From positions 61,997 through 125,996 of the forward strand of contig RDOA01000001.1 of NCBI GenBank assembly GCA_011364925.1: a DNA stretch of 64,000 nt, written 5' to 3'. The stretch is from Promethearchaeota archaeon (GTDB lineage: Archaea; Asgardarchaeota; Lokiarchaeia; Sigyniarchaeales; SOKP01). Position numbers and translations under genes: made by a program. Numbering within the stretch: the first letter of the stretch is position 1; each line of letters opens with the position of its first letter. The notes beneath the pieces are model-generated. The model worked only from the letters and a program-made list of their open reading frames with translations, ran no database searches and was not told the origin of the DNA. This document shows, piece after piece, positions 28,018 through 37,296 of the stretch.

Positions 28018-28761
28018 ATGGTGAAAATAATGAGTAATAAAAATAAAACTAAAGTTAAACAGACAAGAAGTAGATCCCCCGAAAAGAAAGCTCAACAATT
28101 TGAACGGATAATCGATGCAGGAAAGCAACTTTTTCAGCAAAAAGGACGAGAAGGGTTTAGTTTAAGAGGTTTAGCAAAAATACTCAATATGAATCAAAAT
28201 AATGTTTACAATTATGTTGAAAGTAAACGAGAACTTTGGCTTTGTATTCGAAAAAAGTTTTACGAGCAATACAGGAATGAAAATAGAGTTATAATTAAAG
28301 ATCATCATGGATCTACCGTTGATTTATTAGTAGATTTATTTGATCACTTCTTTAAGTTTGCTGAAGAAGATTACGGAGCATTTGCGATGATGCATATTAT
28401 TCCATCACCTCCTTCAGATAAGGTAGGACCTTTTGAGAAGCAATACAAGCCATTCCATTTTCTTGATGGAACAACTAGAGTTATACAAAAAGCCATAGAC
28501 GAGGGTGAGATTAAAGAAAATAACGCAGCCTTACTCTCATTCTTCATATTCAGTTTAGTTTTAGGATCGACCATTGTAGAAAACGTAATGAGATCTATTG
28601 AGGAAAATAATGATAATATAGGCACAGAAGCAGAGGAAAAAATTCAATTTGGTACTCAACAGTTTACTAGCAAGGAATTTCGTAGATACGTACTACGTAA
28701 AATTCAATTAGGGTTAACAGATCCCAATCTTATCGTAGATGAATTAGATTACAAAAAATAA
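28018..28761 (+). CDS. TetR/AcrR-family regulator, paralog of 10926-11660
   Basis: Shared RSPEKKAQQFE, YNY(V/I)ESKRELW, SPPSDKVGPFEK, FLDGTTR, GEIKENNAALLSFF, FTSKEFR. Confidence 0.9.
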   Translation: MVKIMSNKNKTKVKQTRSRSPEKKAQQFERIIDAGKQLFQQKGREGFSLRGLAKILNMNQNNVYNYVESKRELWLCIRKKFYEQYRNENRVIIKDHHGSTVDLLVDLFDHFFKFAEEDYGAFAMMHIIPSPPSDKVGPFEKQYKPFHFLDGTTRVIQKAIDEGEIKENNAALLSFFIFSLVLGSTIVENVMRSIEENNDNIGTEAEEKIQFGTQQFTSKEFRRYVLRKIQLGLTDPNLIVDELDYKK

Positions 28762-28819
28762 CTAAATAAAATTCAACATATTTTCTAAATTAATAAAAAA
28801 ATATAGGTGAAGTAGAAAA

Positions 28820-29572
28820 TTGGCAGAAAAGGAATTTGAGACTGTTTTATACGAAAGAAAGAAAAATGTAGGTTATATTACACTTAATCGCCCAGAAAAG
28901 CATAACGCTTTGAGTTATCAATTACTGGACGATATAGATGCTGTCTTTGATTATGCTGAGGCAGATACCCATGCAAAAGTAATAGTTTTAAAAGGAGCCG
29001 GTAAAAGTTTTTGTTCTGGCTTTGATCTCAAGCAATCTTATTATATAACACCTCCGGAAGGGGGATGGGAATATCAAAATTCCTATGATATTTTGAACAA
29101 GAAAATATACGCGAAATATCCAAGAATTTGGAATTTTCCTAGACCAACTATTGCTCAAGTTCATGGATATTGTACTGACGCAGGCTGCTATTTGCAATTA
29201 TTGTGTGACATTACGGTAGCTGCTGACGATGCCGTTTTAGGCCATCCTGCTCAACTATGGGGTGGATCACAGAGCTTACCATTATGGCAACTCTATTTAG
29301 GAGTTAAAAAAGCACGATATCTTCTTATGAGTGGAAGGAGAATTTCTGGAAAGGAAGCGGCAGAAATGGGACTTGTGAGTATTAGCGTGCCTCGAGAAAA
29401 TCTTGAAGCCGAAGTTGAGAAGTTAGCCGCGGAGATCGCTCAAGTACCCGCCGTAGGAGCTTTACACAATAAGATCGCTCTTAACACTGATCTTAAGATG
29501 AAAGGGATTGACGCTTTATTCGATTATTACGGTCAAATGAATCGATACTGGAGATTATTTCAGAAAAGGTAA
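28820..29572 (+). CDS. Crotonase-superfamily protein lacking both canonical catalytic glutamates
   Basis: LNRPEKHNAL, SFCSGFDL, PTIAQVHGYC; TTG start behind AGGTGA. Confidence 0.85.
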   Translation: MAEKEFETVLYERKKNVGYITLNRPEKHNALSYQLLDDIDAVFDYAEADTHAKVIVLKGAGKSFCSGFDLKQSYYITPPEGGWEYQNSYDILNKKIYAKYPRIWNFPRPTIAQVHGYCTDAGCYLQLLCDITVAADDAVLGHPAQLWGGSQSLPLWQLYLGVKKARYLLMSGRRISGKEAAEMGLVSISVPRENLEAEVEKLAAEIAQVPAVGALHNKIALNTDLKMKGIDALFDYYGQMNRYWRLFQKR

Positions 29573-29598
29573 TAGTGGTCTCAAAAAAATAAAGAGAT

Positions 29599-30102
29599 TT
29601 AAAGTAAGGGAGACTCCTCTCTTGATGCTCGATTTCTAAAACCGATTGCAAACAAAACTCCAATTATTATCCCCATCATTGCGTACATTATTCCCGAGGA
29701 GATTAGAAAAACTAATAGGGTACTAATAAAATCAAATCCTCTCGGTAATAGATAAAAAATCCAGAAAAGGAGTGCGTTGAGTATTAAGGCAAAGATGGAG
29801 CCGGTAAATCCAACTATTACACCTAATTTAATATATTTTTGCGTTTCTTTCCTAGTTTTGAAGGTAAAATACTCTCCAATACAGGTTCCTGCTAACAAAT
29901 GGATATCTCCCCAAAAAAAGAAACCTGTAGGAAAAATAACAAACAAGACGCTAGTTATTAAAGTAATAATTAGAATTCCAAAAAAGGTATTTTTTTCCCC
30001 ACCTACTAATCCAATGACCACTCCTACTAATACAATGACCACACATACCAATCCAATGACCACACCTACTAATCCAAAGATAGTGTAAAACTCAGAAACC
30101 AT
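29599..30102 (-). CDS. Hypothetical multi-TM membrane protein
   Basis: 167 aa, ~5 hydrophobic segments, SD-like GAAGGA upstream. Confidence 0.7.
   Translation of the reverse strand: MVSEFYTIFGLVGVVIGLVCVVIVLVGVVIGLVGGEKNTFFGILIITLITSVLFVIFPTGFFFWGDIHLLAGTCIGEYFTFKTRKETQKYIKLGVIVGFTGSIFALILNALLFWIFYLLPRGFDFISTLLVFLISSGIMYAMMGIIIGVLFAIGFRNRASREESPLL
30002..30077. repeat. 21-bp tandem repeat, ~3.6 copies (CCTACTAATCCAATGACCAC[T/A])
   Basis: Units start at 30002, 30023, 30044 and 30065; they encode GLVGVVI-like heptads on the minus strand. Confidence 0.85.
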
Positions 30103-30227
30103 ATATTTCTCAATTCCTTCTTTAATTAATATGATAATAAATTTCCGTTCTAATAAAGAGTTTTTGATTACAGTTAAATTTTAAGAAAAACTAATTTAGC
30201 CAGCTGTTAATAGAGAGAGATGATTTT

Positions 30228-32468
30228 ATGGGAACTCCAGAAAATAATACCGTAAAAAAGGATTATAAAATCGTACGAACTGCTACTGCGTTTGATTGTG
30301 GGGGGAGATGCCCTCTACGATTTCACGTTAAAGAAGGAAAGGTCATTCGTATCGAAGGTGATGATTTTGAAGATAAAGACAATCAGCTTAGATCTTGTTT
30401 AAGATGTCGCGCTTTACGACAATATATATATCACCCGGATCGTTTAAAGTTTCCGCTAAAAAGGGACGGACCAAAAGGTTCGGGAAAATTTAAACGAATT
30501 TCATGGGACGAAGCCTTGTCTGAAATTGCTGGTAAACTTAAAGAAGTGAAGGAAAAATATGGAAACTCAAGCATTTTTCTAGCGATGGGTGGTGGATACC
30601 AAGCCGCGTTACACGACGGGATGTTCGCGATGATAAGATTGTTCACGCATTTTGGAGGATTCTCGACGCATTATGGCAACGTATCTTCTGAGGGTGCTGT
30701 GTACGCAACTCAAACGCAATATACATCTCCATTCGTTGGGCATAGTCGTCCAGATTTAAAAAATTCAAAACTCATCATTATGTGGGGTTGGGATCCTGCG
30801 AGAATGATCTCGGGTTCAGACACGATATATAACTTAATTCAAGCTAAAGAGATGGGCATAAGAATTGTTTGTATTGATCCAAGATATACGGACTCCGCAG
30901 TTGTGCTCGCGGATCAATGGATACCAATAATTCCAGGGACTGATACGGCGATGATGGTTGCTATGGCCTATGTTATGATTAAGGAAAACCTTTACGATCA
31001 AGCGTTTTTAGATAAATACACTATAGGATTTAATAAATTTGCTGAATATGTAATAGGAAAAGAAGATGGGATTCCTAAAACTCCAGAATGGGCAGAGGAA
31101 ATTACCTCAGTTCCTGCAGAAACGATAAGAGATCTTGCTCGAGAATACGCGACCGCCAAACCTGCGGCCCTTATGGATTGTCAAGGTCCCGCTCGAAGTG
31201 CTACTGGAGAATTATACAATCGATGTGCGATGACTTTAACTGCCATGACCGGAAACGTAGGAAGGCATGGTGGAAGCGCTGCTGGAGGATTAATGGGAAT
31301 TCCTTACGGACACATGTTTTTTGCCTCTCGAATTCCGCCTCCCTATCGGAATCCTGTTGAGACTGGTTTGAAGTCAGTTAGAGGTTCTTTGGATCTACAG
31401 CTAAGATTCCAAGCTAGATGTCATATTAACAAAATTTTCGATGCAATTCTAAAAGGAAAAGAGGGAGGATATCCCTTTGACGTTAAATTCGCTTGGTTTG
31501 TAAACAATAACTTCTTGAACCAGCTTGGAAACGCGAATAAAGCAGCTGAAGCGCTTAAAAAGCTGGATTATATGGTTTGTGCGGAATTGTGGCTTACTCC
31601 AACGGCAAGATACGCTGACATTATATTACCTGTTGCGAGCACCGCAGAAAAAACCGATTTTACTAGACCTTGGCCTTCCGGTCCATATTTCCTCGCAATA
31701 AATCAGGTAATAGAACCGTTAGGAGAGTGTAAGTCTGATTTAAGGATTGCTGAAGAATTGGCTGACAAGCTAGGGTTGGAAGAATTCGAAAAATACCAAG
31801 ATGAAGAGAAAGCATTAAAATTTTTAATCAAGTTGCGCGAAGACTCAAGAAAAAATATTAGAAATACGAAGGAATTTTGGGAAAAAGGAATCCATAGACT
31901 TGATATTGGGGAACCTTATGTAGCTTTCAAAGAACAAATTGAAGATATTGAAAACAAGCCTTTCGCTACACCATCTGGTAAAATCGAGATATTTTCTCAA
32001 AGAATCGCAGATTTAAACGATCCAGAAAATCCTCCCATTCCAAAGTATTTGGAACGGTGGGAAGGTAGGTACGATCCTCTTAGCAAAAAGTATCCTATAC
32101 AGTTATTATCCCCTCATCCAAAGAATCGCGTCCACTCTGAACTATTCTTAATCGATTGGCTTCGAGAGGTCGATCCTCACGTTGCTTGGATAAACCCCGT
32201 TGATGCGGAACCGAGAAGAATACGAGACGGCGATGAAATCTTAGTATTCAACGATCGCGGTAAAATCACAATTAAAGCGTGGTTAACGGAAAGAATTATT
32301 CCTGGAGTGATAAGCATTTTCGAAGGTGCGTGGTACGATCCCGACGAGAACGGAATCGATAGAGGGGGTTGCGTGAATACTCTTACAAAAGACGCCTATT
32401 CACCTGGAGGAGCGTCAGCACTAAAATCGTGTCTTGTAGATATCAAAAAATTCAACGGAGGTGCTTAA
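30228..32468 (+). CDS. DMSO reductase-family molybdopterin oxidoreductase catalytic subunit (DmsA-like, no Tat signal)
   Basis: DCGGRC..CLRC Fe-S motif, RISWDEAL, Ser-type ligand region YGNVSS, IDPRYTDS, PGTDTA, TPSGKIEIFS, RVHS. Confidence 0.9.
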   Translation: MGTPENNTVKKDYKIVRTATAFDCGGRCPLRFHVKEGKVIRIEGDDFEDKDNQLRSCLRCRALRQYIYHPDRLKFPLKRDGPKGSGKFKRISWDEALSEIAGKLKEVKEKYGNSSIFLAMGGGYQAALHDGMFAMIRLFTHFGGFSTHYGNVSSEGAVYATQTQYTSPFVGHSRPDLKNSKLIIMWGWDPARMISGSDTIYNLIQAKEMGIRIVCIDPRYTDSAVVLADQWIPIIPGTDTAMMVAMAYVMIKENLYDQAFLDKYTIGFNKFAEYVIGKEDGIPKTPEWAEEITSVPAETIRDLAREYATAKPAALMDCQGPARSATGELYNRCAMTLTAMTGNVGRHGGSAAGGLMGIPYGHMFFASRIPPPYRNPVETGLKSVRGSLDLQLRFQARCHINKIFDAILKGKEGGYPFDVKFAWFVNNNFLNQLGNANKAAEALKKLDYMVCAELWLTPTARYADIILPVASTAEKTDFTRPWPSGPYFLAINQVIEPLGECKSDLRIAEELADKLGLEEFEKYQDEEKALKFLIKLREDSRKNIRNTKEFWEKGIHRLDIGEPYVAFKEQIEDIENKPFATPSGKIEIFSQRIADLNDPENPPIPKYLERWEGRYDPLSKKYPIQLLSPHPKNRVHSELFLIDWLREVDPHVAWINPVDAEPRRIRDGDEILVFNDRGKITIKAWLTERIIPGVISIFEGAWYDPDENGIDRGGCVNTLTKDAYSPGGASALKSCLVDIKKFNGGA

Positions 32469-32469
32469 A

Positions 32470-33027
32470 TTGCAAGTTGGATTTTATTTCGATCAAACAC
32501 GATGTATAGGGTGTTCTGCTTGTGCGATAGCTTGCAAAGATTGGCACGATATTCCCGCGGGTTCTGAACATTGGATGAAAATTCTTTATAACGAGGAAGG
32601 TAAATTCCCTAATGTATACGTTAGTTATGTAATAAATCCATGTTTTCAATGTGAGGACCCAGTTTGTATCCCCGTTTGCCCCGTGAATGCGATAACCAAA
32701 AGAATTGAAGATGGGATTGTTACGGTTGATAGTGAAACATGCATTGGAAAAGATGAGTGTGGTTCTAAATGTTTAAAAGCTTGCCCTTACAAAGCTCCTC
32801 AATTCAGTTCTGAAAAAGATGCAAAAATGAGAAAGTGCAATTACTGTCTTGATAGACATTTAGAAGGAAAATTACCATCTTGCGTTGAATCTTGTCGAAC
32901 TCACGCATTAGATGCAGACACTTTAGAAAATTTAAAAAGAAAATACGGACCAATCCAAGAAGCGAATAACTTTCAATACTCTTCTCGAACCAAACCTGCC
33001 ATAATTTTTAAACCGAAGAAAACCTAG
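32470..33027 (+). CDS. 4Fe-4S dicluster electron-transfer subunit (DmsB-like)
   Basis: Four Cys clusters (CIGCSACAIAC, CFQCEDPVCIPVCP, CIG..C..KCLKACP, CNYC..CVESC); TTG 32470 behind GGAGGTG is preferred. Confidence 0.9.
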   Translation: MQVGFYFDQTRCIGCSACAIACKDWHDIPAGSEHWMKILYNEEGKFPNVYVSYVINPCFQCEDPVCIPVCPVNAITKRIEDGIVTVDSETCIGKDECGSKCLKACPYKAPQFSSEKDAKMRKCNYCLDRHLEGKLPSCVESCRTHALDADTLENLKRKYGPIQEANNFQYSSRTKPAIIFKPKKT

Positions 33028-33240
33028 AAATTAAATAAATCAAAGAGCAAACATAATATTATTTATATGTGAACCTCGCTAGGGCTTATAATTATAGGTA
33101 ATTTGCCTGACGAACTAAATAACTTTATATAAACTTTCTTTTATTAGTCCTTTAACTATAGTTATATTCATTACATTTAGGTATAAGATTTATAGTAAGT
33201 CATCACTTTGCAAATTCTAATAAATTTAGAGGGGATTTCT

Positions 33241-36200
33241 ATTAAAAAATCTACAATTGTTTATTTATTAATATCTACAATTACAATTTGTACATTATTA
33301 ATTTCAGCAGACATGACTTTAAATGATTTAAAATATGTCAACAATTGTAATAATACTGAAACTTATGTTGATGGAACTCCCCCTTTTCTAAGAACTTCTT
33401 CGAATGATCCTCCTAATAAAAATTACTTTCAATACTATAAACAGATCACTATTCCTCACGAAAAAGTTATGGGCTCAGGAAGTCATAAAAACTTTCCTGT
33501 TCTAGTCTCAATTTTGGATTCGGATCTTCGCTATGATGTACAAGCAAGTGGGAATGATATTGCATTTGCAAATGATACAAATTGGTTATATCATGAAATA
33601 GAACTTTTTAATCAATCATATAATAGCACTCATGCTCAATTAGTTAGTTGGGTTCAGATTCCGAACCTTTCAACTTCAGTAGATACAACTATTTACCTCT
33701 ATTACGGAAATGCTACGATGACCTCTCAAGAAAATCCAGAAAGTGTGTGGTCGGATTATACATCTGTTTGGCATCTAAAAGAAAGTAGTGGAAGTGGATA
33801 TTACCTAAAAGATTCTAGTATAAACAGTTATGATGGAGACCCCAGTGGGACAGTTTATTTAGCGAGTGGAAAGATTGCAAGTGCTAGAAATTTTGGGGCA
33901 AATAGCGATAATATTGCCATAAGTGGTGGCTCAAGTCTATTAAATGGGGATAGTCAATTTGTTTTTTCTTTTTGGATGTATCCTAATTATGATAGTGATT
34001 CAGAATGGCAAAATGATGGAGAAAGACGTGTGTTCTATAAGGCCTCGTCCGTTAGGATGGCACGTACTTGGCGGGCAACTTGGCAAGATGCTGGTAAGGG
34101 GATTTTTCAGCCAGATATAGAATTTGATGATTATGGCACAATTTATCCTAATTTTGAAATAAACCGCCAAAGTTGGAATTATATCATTTATTCTTACGAT
34201 AGTAATTATTTTAGAGCTTATATAAATGGACAACTAAAATCATCGCAGTTTATTGGTTCTGACAGCCTCATTTCTGATTCAAGCACTTTTCATTTAGGAG
34301 ATATTGGAAATGATTGTTTTGATGGATACATTGACGAATTTAGAATATCAAACAATGTTAATACCAATGGATGGTACCAAACAGAATATAATAATCAGAA
34401 TAACCCCAATACATTCATTATATTAAGTGAAGAAGAAATTGTTGATCACAACCCCCCCTTATATTCAAATCTAACTGAGAGTTCAAATCCATTGGAATTA
34501 GGAGAAATTGAAATTATTCAAATAAATGTTTCAGATTTCTCAGGTATTTCTCAAGTACTAATAGAGTTCCAAGGATCGAACCATTCGATGTCAAACCTCG
34601 TAGGAAATAAATGGCAATATGATAGTTGGACTCCTAGTAGTGTAGGTAATTATTCCTACACAATTTGGATGGAAGATAATTGTAATAATTGGAATTCAAC
34701 CACTGGTACTATTGAAGTGATTGATAGTACTCCACCAACTTATTCAAACTTAATTGAAAGTGCGGATCCTTTACAATTTGGACAAAATGAAACAATTACT
34801 ATTAAGGTTTATGACTCTCCAGGTTCAGGAGTTAAGCAAGTTTTTTTAGAATATGAAGATGATGATTTAATATATCGTAACCACACGATGAATTTTGAAG
34901 GAAGTAACTCGTGGAGTTGGCATAATTGGAAGCCAATAACCGTGAAAGTTCATTCTTATAAAATTTATATGGAAGATAATGAAGATAACTGGAATATGAC
35001 TAGTGGAACAATAACAATTGCAGATACAACCGCCCCTGTAATAGAAAATCTTATCGAAAGTACCGATCCCTTAGAATTAGGGAACTTTATCACCATAGAC
35101 ATCGATGTCTATGATAATGAAACAATTGTATCAACTGTATTGATTGAATTAGAAGGAGTTAATCACACAATGAGCACTATTGGAGGAAATACATATGAAT
35201 ATAATTGGACTCGATCCGTTGTCGGAATTGTTTCCTATAAGATCTATGCCAATGACTCTGATAATAATTGGAATTCTTTAAGCAGTAGTTTCGATATCAT
35301 AGATACAACTCCACCGGATTTATCAGACCTTTGGAAAAGTGAAGACCCTCTAGAATTAGGAAATACCATCATAATAGCTGTGAATTCTACTGATTTATCG
35401 GATATCAAGCAAGTAAAAATTGAATTTGAAGGTTCTAACCATTCAATGGTATATGTCGGAGGAAACGCATGGGAGTACGATCTTTGGATCCCACCAACTA
35501 CTGGAAATTACTTATATACGATATGGGCAGAAGATAATAATAAAAACTGGGATTATATTAATGACTCGGTTTTCGTTCAAGATACAACCCCCCCAACCTA
35601 TTCAGGTTTGGTTGAAAGTGCTAATCCTGTCGAATTGGGCACATTATTAGCAATCTCGATTAATACTGCAGATTTAGCGGGCATCAAAGAAGTCTTAATA
35701 GAATATGAAAATTCTAACCATACAATGATAAATATAGGGGGAAATATATGGAATTTTGATTCTTGGATGCCAAATTCAATAGGTAATTGTACTTACAAGA
35801 TTTATATAACAGATAATAGTGAAAATTTGAATTACCTTGATAGTTGGATATTATTTATAGATACCATAATTCCAAATTTTGATAATTTATTTGAAAGTGC
35901 TAATCCTTTAGAGTTAGGGGATACTCAGATCATAAGAATAAATGCCTATGATTTCGCAGGTATTAATCAATGCTTAATAGAGTATAAGGGAGCGAATCAT
36001 TCTATGATTAATATCTATGGTAATACGTGGCAGTTTGATTCATGGAGCCCAAATAATTGGACTTTATATCAATACAGAATTTATGTTGAGGATAATAGCG
36101 GAAATTGGAATTTTGTCTTAGATAACTTTACAGTTCAAGATACAACGCCTCCTTCACCCCCCATCTTAACAAATAGTCCGAGTGGGGATGTTAGGGGTAA

Positions 36201-37296
36201 TTTAGTATTTGATTGGTCAGATGGAATTGACCCCTCGGGCATTGTATGTTATATTTTGATAATTGATAACGAAACGGATCCTTTATCAACCCCTGGATAT
36301 ATAAATCTGTTTAATATTTCTAATACTGGAACTGAAAGTAGTTATTATGAACTATCCGAGAACTTACCGGTAGGGAAATACTATTACTTTTTAGCTCAAG
36401 TTGATGGAGCAGGACACCAAAGTAGTTATACAATGGGAACTTTTACGGTTATTTTGAATCCCGATAATCCAGATTTTTTTCTTATTATTATGTTAATTAT
36501 AATTGGTGCTGTGGTTTCAATCGCAGTCGTAGGAATCATAGTAAGGAAAAAGACTCAAAAAGAAACGCATCCCCCTCGTAAAAAAATTCCTTACAAAATC
36601 ACAATTCAACATCTTAATAAAATCTCTCCCCAAATGTCGGGTATGATCGCTAAAGATGCTCAGGAGATCCCAATTATTAAAGAAACAAGTCCCGAAAGTT
36701 TAATCGAAGAAATAGATATAGAGGAGCAAGTTAAATCTTTTAAAGATTTAGGAGAAGAGTTTTTCTCCAATGGAGCTTATTTAGAAGCAATCGAGCAATT
36801 TCAGAATGCTAAAAATCTTCTTTTAAAGCAAGGAAAGGATACAGATGTAACCTTAATTTCAGATTTAATAGAAGGGATTGAAAGATTAGTAGAAGGACGT
36901 GAATCTCGATTAAATTTGTTGAGGAAAGAGAAAACTGAGGGGAACACTGTGAAAATATTCAATTTGTATCAAGAAGTAATTGAAATATCAAATAAATTAA
37001 GAGATTTTGATATAATAACAATGTATCAAAATGAATTAACTGAGTATTTCAAAAATAATTTGTCTAAAATACCAGAAATTGAAAGTTATAGAAATGATTT
37101 AGAAAAAGAAGCAGAATTATTTATATCTACAAGAGATTTTAACCAAGCAGCTCAATTATTTGAAAAGTGTGAGGAAATATCTCAAATTTTGGAAAAATAT
37201 ACAAAAGAAGAAAGAACAAATGTTGAAAAATTTAGGTTTAAGAAAAATGTGTTGAATAAAAGAACTAATCAGAATCACAGAGGAGACATAGAATGA
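33241..37296 (+). CDS. Large single-pass cell-surface protein: signal/TM, DUF2341-like + LamG/ConA-like domain, 6 Ig-like repeats, FN3-like domain, TM, cytoplasmic TPR-like tail
   Basis: NFPVLVSI..DIAF..HEIE..WVQIP..IYLYYGN (DUF2341-like), VWHL..FDGYIDEFRIS (LamG-like), D(T/S)TPP..ESxxPLELG repeats, TM followed by RKK. The start is placed at ATT 33241 behind GAGGGG (ORF track uses TTG 33208). Confidence 0.8.
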   Translation: MKKSTIVYLLISTITICTLLISADMTLNDLKYVNNCNNTETYVDGTPPFLRTSSNDPPNKNYFQYYKQITIPHEKVMGSGSHKNFPVLVSILDSDLRYDVQASGNDIAFANDTNWLYHEIELFNQSYNSTHAQLVSWVQIPNLSTSVDTTIYLYYGNATMTSQENPESVWSDYTSVWHLKESSGSGYYLKDSSINSYDGDPSGTVYLASGKIASARNFGANSDNIAISGGSSLLNGDSQFVFSFWMYPNYDSDSEWQNDGERRVFYKASSVRMARTWRATWQDAGKGIFQPDIEFDDYGTIYPNFEINRQSWNYIIYSYDSNYFRAYINGQLKSSQFIGSDSLISDSSTFHLGDIGNDCFDGYIDEFRISNNVNTNGWYQTEYNNQNNPNTFIILSEEEIVDHNPPLYSNLTESSNPLELGEIEIIQINVSDFSGISQVLIEFQGSNHSMSNLVGNKWQYDSWTPSSVGNYSYTIWMEDNCNNWNSTTGTIEVIDSTPPTYSNLIESADPLQFGQNETITIKVYDSPGSGVKQVFLEYEDDDLIYRNHTMNFEGSNSWSWHNWKPITVKVHSYKIYMEDNEDNWNMTSGTITIADTTAPVIENLIESTDPLELGNFITIDIDVYDNETIVSTVLIELEGVNHTMSTIGGNTYEYNWTRSVVGIVSYKIYANDSDNNWNSLSSSFDIIDTTPPDLSDLWKSEDPLELGNTIIIAVNSTDLSDIKQVKIEFEGSNHSMVYVGGNAWEYDLWIPPTTGNYLYTIWAEDNNKNWDYINDSVFVQDTTPPTYSGLVESANPVELGTLLAISINTADLAGIKEVLIEYENSNHTMINIGGNIWNFDSWMPNSIGNCTYKIYITDNSENLNYLDSWILFIDTIIPNFDNLFESANPLELGDTQIIRINAYDFAGINQCLIEYKGANHSMINIYGNTWQFDSWSPNNWTLYQYRIYVEDNSGNWNFVLDNFTVQDTTPPSPPILTNSPSGDVRGNLVFDWSDGIDPSGIVCYILIIDNETDPLSTPGYINLFNISNTGTESSYYELSENLPVGKYYYFLAQVDGAGHQSSYTMGTFTVILNPDNPDFFLIIMLIIIGAVVSIAVVGIIVRKKTQKETHPPRKKIPYKITIQHLNKISPQMSGMIAKDAQEIPIIKETSPESLIEEIDIEEQVKSFKDLGEEFFSNGAYLEAIEQFQNAKNLLLKQGKDTDVTLISDLIEGIERLVEGRESRLNLLRKEKTEGNTVKIFNLYQEVIEISNKLRDFDIITMYQNELTEYFKNNLSKIPEIESYRNDLEKEAELFISTRDFNQAAQLFEKCEEISQILEKYTKEERTNVEKFRFKKNVLNKRTNQNHRGDIE
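34444..36138 (+). repeat. Six tandem ~94-aa Ig-like protein repeats
   Basis: Each has DxxPP..L.ES..PLELG..I...D..GI..V.IE....NH(S/T)M..WxP..GNY.Y.I..EDN..NWN. Confidence 0.85.

Noticed and set aside
30228-33027. Selenocysteine read-through in redox genes
   Set aside because: The ORFs are full length with no in-frame TGA at a conserved Cys position.
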